From IMG/VR virus record IMGVR_UViG_3300042549_007727: a stretch of 64,000 bases of DNA, one strand, 5' to 3'. The notes beneath the pieces are model-generated. The model saw only the letters and a program-made list of their open reading frames with translations, searched no databases and was not told the origin of the DNA. Every line of letters begins with the position of its first letter. The stretch's first letter is position 1. This document shows, piece after piece, positions 56,251 to 64,000 of this stretch. The position numbers and the translations under genes were made by a program. The DNA is from a virus.

Positions 56251-58446
56251 ATGACAAGCTATGAAACAAATGATAATGAAGCTAAGTGCCCAGTCCCTCA
56301 TGGGACTGCTGGGGGTGCCAGTAGTTCACGAGGAACTGCAAATAATGATTGGTGGCCTAATCAGCTGTCACTAGAGCCACTGCTTCACGGTAACCCAAAG
56401 TCTGACCCTATGGGCGAGTACTTCGACTATGTCGAAGAATTTAATAACCTAGACCTTGCTGCAGTTAAAGCAGACATTGTTGAAGTTATGCATACATCTC
56501 AGTCGTGGTGGCCGGCAGACTACGGACATTACGGTCCGCTATTTATTCGCATGGCTTGGCACTCTGCTGGAACCTACCGAACTACTGATGGTCGTGGAGG
56601 CGGTGGACAGGGTCTACAGAGATTTGCTCCACTCAACTCATGGCCTGACAACGTAAACCTCGATAAGGCTCGTCGTCTTCTTTGGCCAGTTAAAAAGAAG
56701 TACGGACGTTCGATCAGCTGGGCTGACCTAATGATTCTTGCAGGTAACGTTGCGCTAGAGGATATGGGATTCCCTACTTTTGGTTTTGCTGGTGGACGTG
56801 CAGATGTTTGGGAGCCAGACAACACCTACTGGGGTAACGAAACTGAGTGGCTAGCAAGCAAGCGCTACGACAGTTTACGCGAAGCAGAAACTCTAGAAGA
56901 TCCGCTAGCCGCTGTACAAATGGGTTTGATCTATGTAAACCCAGAAGGTCCGGACGGTAATCCAGATTTCAAGTTAGCTGCTGCAGATATTAGAACTACT
57001 TTTGCTCGTATGGCTATGAACGACGAAGAAACAGTTGCGCTTATTGCTGGTGGTCACGCATTTGGTAAGACTCATGGCGCTGGTGATCCTTCTCAAGTTG
57101 GCGTTGAGCCAGAAGGAGATGACATCTCGAGCGCAGGGCTTGGGTGGAAAAACTCTCAGGGTAAAGGCCACTCGGAAGATACCATCGGTTCTGGTCTAGA
57201 AATAACATGGACTCCTAACCCGACCCGCTGGGATAATGACTACCTACGCCTAATCTACAAGTACGAGTGGGAGATGGAATTATCTCCCGCAGGTGCAAAG
57301 CAGTGGGTACCTATTAATTGCGAAGAATCGGATATGGCACCTCATGCTCACCTTGAAGGCGAAATGGTAGTTCCTAGGATGGCAACAACTGATTTAGCTC
57401 TTCGATTTGGTGACGAGAAGTACGCAGAGATCAGTAAGAAGTTCTTAGATGATTTTGACTACTTTACAGATGCATTTGCCCGTGCCTGGTTTAAGCTAAC
57501 CCATCGTGACATGGGACCTGTGTCGCGCTACTTCGGTCCAGAAGTTCCTAAAGAACTATTGATATGGCAAGACCCAATTCCAAAGGGTCCTGAAAACACA
57601 GCTGAAGGACTGGAAAAAATCACAGAAGCAATTGACGCTTCAGATTTGACAATCACTGAGCTTGTCAAGCTTGCGTGGGCTTCTGCAAGTTCTTTCCGCA
57701 ACACCGACAAGCGCGGTGGCGCAAACGGATCTCGCATTCGTCTTGAGCCGCAGATTAGCTGGGAAGTCAATGAGCCAGATCAAATTAAAGAGACACTAAA
57801 GAAATTGGAAGACCTGCGCAGCAGTGTGGGTGTAGATATTTCTATGGCTGATCTGATTGTCTTTGCTGGTAGCTATGCAGTGAAACTAGCTGTAGATGGA
57901 GTAGGCGAAGGACTATACATCGACTACATAGGCGGTCGTGGAGATGCTACCCAGGAATATACTGACGTAGAGTCTTTCGAGTATCTACGACCGATTGCTG
58001 ATGGGTTCCGTAACTGGACTCCGGGCAATGAGGAGATTGCAGAGCGTCTACTGATTGATAAGGCAGCGCTTCTTGGGCTAACTCCAACCGAGATGACAGC
58101 TCTTGTTGGCGGCCTACGTGTAATGGGTGTCACGCATGGCGGCTCATCTCATGGTGTTCTCACTGAGCGTGTAGGTGTACTGTCTACAGACTTTTTTGTC
58201 AACTTGCTAAGCAACGACATTGCGTGGGCACCTAAAGCTGGACAGCCTGGCATCTACGGTTCACATGCTTACAAAGATGGAGAGCGTAAGTGGACAGCAA
58301 CTCGTGCAGACTTAGTGTTTGCTTCAAATTCAGTCCTACGTGCTATCGCTGAGGTCTTTGCATCAGATGACGGATTGCCGCATTTTGTTCAGGCTTTTGC
58401 TAGTGCATGGTCAAAGGTTATGAACGCAGACAGGTTTACCATTTAA
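56251..58446 (+). CDS. katG: Catalase-peroxidase
   Basis: RMAWHSAGTYR, MGLIYVNPEG, AMNDEETVALIAGGH.FGKTHG, WFKLTHRDMGP, RGGANG, KVMNADRF; both domains present. Confidence 0.97.
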   Translation: MTSYETNDNEAKCPVPHGTAGGASSSRGTANNDWWPNQLSLEPLLHGNPKSDPMGEYFDYVEEFNNLDLAAVKADIVEVMHTSQSWWPADYGHYGPLFIRMAWHSAGTYRTTDGRGGGGQGLQRFAPLNSWPDNVNLDKARRLLWPVKKKYGRSISWADLMILAGNVALEDMGFPTFGFAGGRADVWEPDNTYWGNETEWLASKRYDSLREAETLEDPLAAVQMGLIYVNPEGPDGNPDFKLAAADIRTTFARMAMNDEETVALIAGGHAFGKTHGAGDPSQVGVEPEGDDISSAGLGWKNSQGKGHSEDTIGSGLEITWTPNPTRWDNDYLRLIYKYEWEMELSPAGAKQWVPINCEESDMAPHAHLEGEMVVPRMATTDLALRFGDEKYAEISKKFLDDFDYFTDAFARAWFKLTHRDMGPVSRYFGPEVPKELLIWQDPIPKGPENTAEGLEKITEAIDASDLTITELVKLAWASASSFRNTDKRGGANGSRIRLEPQISWEVNEPDQIKETLKKLEDLRSSVGVDISMADLIVFAGSYAVKLAVDGVGEGLYIDYIGGRGDATQEYTDVESFEYLRPIADGFRNWTPGNEEIAERLLIDKAALLGLTPTEMTALVGGLRVMGVTHGGSSHGVLTERVGVLSTDFFVNLLSNDIAWAPKAGQPGIYGSHAYKDGERKWTATRADLVFASNSVLRAIAEVFASDDGLPHFVQAFASAWSKVMNADRFTI

Positions 58447-58454
58447 GTTAATAG

Positions 58455-58489
58455 AAAGATCCCCCCGTTAAAGCGGGGGGTTTCTTTTT
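58455..58489 (+). terminator. Intrinsic terminator after katG
   Basis: CCCCCCG-TTAAAG-CGGGGGG followed by TTTCTTTTT. Confidence 0.85.
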
Positions 58490-58507
58490 ATTCTGTATAC
58501 TCTAGTT

Positions 58508-59128
58508 ATGAAAATTAGCTTAAAATCACTTAAAGTAGCCTACATTAACTTAAAAATGTATCCCAATCGAAATACCACTATGGCCAACATGCTCACTCAC
58601 TATGGGCTTGACTTCATTCGAGTTGAGGGCGTCAACCACAACAAGTTTGACCCAATAGCCTCTGCTCACATCGATGCCCTTAATACTGGGGCAGATCTTA
58701 TTCTAGAAGACGACTGTATTCCTTTTAACTATAGGGATACCCTTGAGGTCCCTGACGACGCAGACGTTGTTTTTTTGGGTGTCTCTACTGGAACCACTCA
58801 TACCACAAAGCCTAAGTACAAAAAAGTGTCCGAAGAGATTTATAGGCTGTATGACATGACAACTATCCATGCTGTCCTATATATAACTGAAGCTGGAAGG
58901 CAGTGGCTTCGTAATGCCTACGATATGACGGCTAAAGAAAATGTGGGCTTTGATATCTCCACTGCTAGACTAATGTCCACAATTAACGCCTATGGATTGA
59001 ATAGCCCGGTGTGGTATCAATTTGATCTTGAAAGCCAAACTAAGTTAACCCTAGATGAGGCCCTATTGAGTGATGACTACTTTGGTGGGGGCTACCCGGA
59101 CTACCCTGCGCCTATTACAGTATTTTAA
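58508..59128 (+). CDS. GT25-like glycosyltransferase
   Basis: YINL...PNR...M, RVEGV, AHIDAL, LILEDD, HAVLY. Confidence 0.65.
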   Translation: MKISLKSLKVAYINLKMYPNRNTTMANMLTHYGLDFIRVEGVNHNKFDPIASAHIDALNTGADLILEDDCIPFNYRDTLEVPDDADVVFLGVSTGTTHTTKPKYKKVSEEIYRLYDMTTIHAVLYITEAGRQWLRNAYDMTAKENVGFDISTARLMSTINAYGLNSPVWYQFDLESQTKLTLDEALLSDDYFGGGYPDYPAPITVF

Positions 59129-59155
59129 AAAGAGTTAGCTATTTAGTAGCTTTTG

Positions 59156-59184
59156 TTGCGTTAACTTAAAAAGTATGCTACACT
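59156..59184 (+). promoter_or_regulatory. SigA-type promoter with extended -10
   Basis: TTGCGT-17 nt-TACACT, with TG one base upstream of the -10. Confidence 0.5.
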
Positions 59185-59230
59185 TATAATCTTATTTGAA
59201 TTATTTAACTTATAGTGCTAATCTGTTCTC

Positions 59231-59911
59231 ATGATAAAGAGATTTAGTGCTAGAAAAGCTTTTGGGCTGGCTGCCCTAGCCATCGGGCTTTCTGCTGTCA
59301 TTGTTGCTCCTGCCTTAGGTGTGCAGAACTCTTTTGTCTTTGTTAGCTCTAATACTTCTGTATCCGAGGATTCTAGCCCTAAGAATGTAGATAAGTCTTT
59401 ACCACAGCCTGCAGTAGAAGTAAGTCCGTCTCCTCTAAACCAGTCTGTACCTAGTGATACAGCTGAAACTTCTACGGCCCCAAGCCCAGCGGCAGTTGTT
59501 AAATCTACTCCGACCCCTACAGCTACTTCTACCCCTGCGCCCGTAGCAACAGCTGCCCCCGCTCCGCAAGAGACTTCAGCGCCTGCTCCTACCCCTACAC
59601 AGGCTCCAGTAATTCAACAGCTCCCCGCAGCGCCTGTAGTTGGGACAGTAGCCGTATCTCAAGTTACTCCAGGAAGTGGGATTGGAGAGGCTGTATTACA
59701 GTGGTCTTCCATCCCTGGTGCTACAGAGTATCGAATCTTCAAGACTGGAACAATTAGACCTAGCTGGAGACTCTTCTACATCTATCCTTCTTCTATAACT
59801 AGCATCACTATATTTGATCAGCCGGGCTCTATTGCCATTTATAAAATCATGGCTGTAATCAACTCTCAAGAGACTTTATTGGGCGAAGTTACTTATCGAC
59901 CAACTAACTAA
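59231..59911 (+). CDS. Exported or membrane-anchored protein: signal/TM, Pro/Thr/Ala linker, FN3-like domain
   Basis: MIKRFSARK plus hydrophobic stretch; PTPTATSTPAP linker; LQWSSIPGATEYRIF. Confidence 0.7.
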   Translation: MIKRFSARKAFGLAALAIGLSAVIVAPALGVQNSFVFVSSNTSVSEDSSPKNVDKSLPQPAVEVSPSPLNQSVPSDTAETSTAPSPAAVVKSTPTPTATSTPAPVATAAPAPQETSAPAPTPTQAPVIQQLPAAPVVGTVAVSQVTPGSGIGEAVLQWSSIPGATEYRIFKTGTIRPSWRLFYIYPSSITSITIFDQPGSIAIYKIMAVINSQETLLGEVTYRPTN

Positions 59912-60094
59912 GGTACTAAATATAGCATATTGGTTGCCAGTGTTTTAAAGGTTAATGTACAAAAGGTACTGTACAAAAAGTCCGTATAAACTTAATCCTA
60001 AGGTTATACAAAACACCCCTTAACTAGCGCTGTTTTAGGTCTGTCATAATATTCTAGGGAGCTCTTCCCGCCCACATTTTTAGGATAAAACGCT

Positions 60095-62260
<2,166 letters not shown>

Positions 62261-62269
62261 TTTTAACTG

Positions 62270-62302
62270 AAAAAGCCCCTCCTGTAATGGGAGGGGTTTT
62301 TT
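62270..62302 (+). terminator. Intrinsic terminator
   Basis: AAAAGCCCCTCC / GGAGGGGTTTTTT. Confidence 0.85.
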
Positions 62303-62314
62303 GTTATAAACTGG

Positions 62315-62924
62315 AGTAATGGACGCCCCTATCAAAGTCATTAAAAACTTCATTAAAAAGCCAGAAGTCAAGCTACTGATTGATTACATAGACTACCTAG
62401 AGACAAACCACTTAGATGAGTTTGCAAGTGATCACGGGGGTAAACGCTTAGCCTTACAGTTTGGCAAAGAGCTTAATGACTACTACGACCGCTGGACGCA
62501 CTTAAACCTAGACTTAGTCGCGGATAAGCGAGAAGTATTACAGCGCTACTTTAGCCAGATTATTGAAGAAATCCAAGCAAACTTCACTGTGACAGATGGG
62601 CTATATCCCTGCGTTCTTTGGATTGCAAAGCAGTACCCGGGTGCCATCGTAGAGGTCCATCAGGACACAGACTACGGAAAAAGCATGCACATTAAGTACA
62701 CTGGCAGCCTCTATCTAAACACCATGACAAATGGCGGGGAACTTTACTTCGAAGACTTTGACTACACATACAAACCAGAAGCTGGAGACTTAGTCATATT
62801 CCCGTCTCATGAAGCGGGCATGCACGGAGTCCGCGAGATAAACGAAGTTAGATACTCTATCTTGCTGTGGATGACCGACTTAGATCATTTGGCCCTATCG
62901 TGAGGAAGTAATGGACGCCCCTAT
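62315..62924 (+). repeat. 18-bp direct repeat AGTAATGGACGCCCCTAT at 62315-62332 and 62907-62924
   Basis: Spans the start codons of two adjacent unrelated genes, both beginning MDAPIK. Confidence 0.85.
62319..62903 (+). CDS. 2OG-Fe(II) oxygenase
   Basis: HQD, YLN...GGELYF, MHGV...VRY. Confidence 0.88.
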   Translation: MDAPIKVIKNFIKKPEVKLLIDYIDYLETNHLDEFASDHGGKRLALQFGKELNDYYDRWTHLNLDLVADKREVLQRYFSQIIEEIQANFTVTDGLYPCVLWIAKQYPGAIVEVHQDTDYGKSMHIKYTGSLYLNTMTNGGELYFEDFDYTYKPEAGDLVIFPSHEAGMHGVREINEVRYSILLWMTDLDHLALS

Positions 62925-63606
62925 TAAATCTGGCAAAGCTCTTCTCTATGCCCGAGTATCTACTCAGTTGCAGGTTAATGATGGAGTGTCGCTGGACGTG
63001 CAGGAACGCACGATGGTGAACGCTGCTGAGTTTCATGGCTTTGAGTCGTGGGAGCTGGTGCGTGAGGAGGGCAAGTCCGGTAAGTCGATTACTGGTAGGC
63101 CGGCCCTAACCGATGCGCTGGGGCGACTAAAGCGCAAAGAAGTAGACGCCCTTATTGTTACAAGAATAGACAGACTGGCAAGGAGTACTACAGACTTTTT
63201 GGATATCGTGGATAGGGCCAACAAGGAGGGGTGGAGGTTGATCATGTTGGACCTAAACCTAGACACCTCGACCTACCAGGGGCGCTTCGTTGTGACGGTG
63301 ATGTCGGCGCTCGCTGAGATGGAAAGAGGCATAATAGCCGCGCGGCAAAAGGACGTCCATAAGGACCGTCGAGATCGTGGTATCGTATGGGGTGTAGACA
63401 TGGGTCCGAAAAATAAGACGCCTCTTGACATTAAGGAGCGGATTATGCTACAAAGAAACAGTGGACGCGCCTATGGAAAGATTGCTGATGAGCTGAACGC
63501 TGATGGCATTCCTACGCAGAATGGTAGAAAATGGTACGCGTCAACTGTAAAGAATATAGTAGACGCCGCAACTGAGACAGGCGATAAGAGTGGCAGTCCC
63601 GAGTAA
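62911..63606 (+). CDS. Serine recombinase (resolvase/invertase catalytic domain plus C-terminal DNA-binding domain)
   Basis: YARVSTQ.Q, SGKS..GRP.L, RIDRLARS, IADELNADGIPT..G.KW..STV. Confidence 0.92.
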   Translation: MDAPIKSGKALLYARVSTQLQVNDGVSLDVQERTMVNAAEFHGFESWELVREEGKSGKSITGRPALTDALGRLKRKEVDALIVTRIDRLARSTTDFLDIVDRANKEGWRLIMLDLNLDTSTYQGRFVVTVMSALAEMERGIIAARQKDVHKDRRDRGIVWGVDMGPKNKTPLDIKERIMLQRNSGRAYGKIADELNADGIPTQNGRKWYASTVKNIVDAATETGDKSGSPE

Positions 63607-63991
63607 AGTAAAAATTGGTGCGCAGATCTTTAAGGTCGAAGAGCGTAGCGTAAAGCAAGACGGCACCCTTAACGATAACTCTTATGGTTACACTTTGGAC
63701 CAGGGGAACCTAATAGTAATAGACGCCTCTATCGCCTTCAACAAGAAACAGCAAACGCTCCTACATGAAGTAATTCATGCAATAGGTATGGTACATGCTG
63801 CAGGAATGAAGCAACCAGACAGTAAAGACGGGTATGAAGTTTGGGAGCATCATTTTATTGGCATTTGGGAGTCCCCTATGCTACTGTTCATCAAAGACAA
63901 TCCTGAAGTTATCGCATGGTTGCAACTAGAAGAGGAGCCTGCAAGTGGCCAAAAGAAAGAGTCAAGAGCCGTCAGGCCCAAGACCAAATAG
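63590..63991 (+). CDS. HExxH metallopeptidase-like phage protein
   Basis: QTLLHEVIHAI. Confidence 0.7.
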   Translation: MAVPSKVKIGAQIFKVEERSVKQDGTLNDNSYGYTLDQGNLIVIDASIAFNKKQQTLLHEVIHAIGMVHAAGMKQPDSKDGYEVWEHHFIGIWESPMLLFIKDNPEVIAWLQLEEEPASGQKKESRAVRPKTK

Positions 63992-64000
63992 CGCTTGGAT

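Noticed and set aside
62911-63606. IS607-type transposon or prophage integrase
   Set aside because: No N-terminal HTH and no tnpB; too short for a large serine integrase; phage-like genes continue on both sides

Overview
This window is an internal 64-kb segment of a large dsDNA phage. Two WhiB genes, DUF3039, an actinobacterial-type nrdHIEF operon, an MSMEG_6728-like glycosylase and many leaderless promoters point to an actinobacterial host. No capsid, terminase or host housekeeping genes are visible. Layout: (1) 1-12086 covers replication, recombination and accessory genes (SNF2-type helicase, PD-(D/E)XK nuclease, Sak4-like ATPase, SSB, primase-polymerase/SF3 helicase, TPR glycosyltransferase, metallophosphoesterase). 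(2) 12090-47165 is a 35-kb minus-strand block of fibre/virion-decoration genes (Gly-X-Thr collagen proteins, Ig, delta-60 and Mtd-N fibres). It is built as two paralogous modules with an embedded array of eight 2OG-Fe(II) oxygenases and two DUF6065-like genes. (3) 47245-64000 is metabolic cargo: class Ib RNR, tRNA-Asn, carbamoyltransferase, FkbM-like methyltransferase, full-length katG, GT25-like enzyme, three more oxygenases, an orphan collagen fibre and a serine recombinase. The best candidate for an undescribed system is the gene at 30767-32104. It encodes FN3-FN3, then an 80-residue (PFFP)n/PMF repeat, then a C-terminal Hint autoprocessing domain, and it lies directly upstream of the prolyl-hydroxylase-like oxygenase array. 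I infer a phage-encoded, RiPP-like post-translational tailoring system acting on a virion-displayed or released Pro/Phe polymer. All family assignments come from motif recognition by eye; no searches were run.
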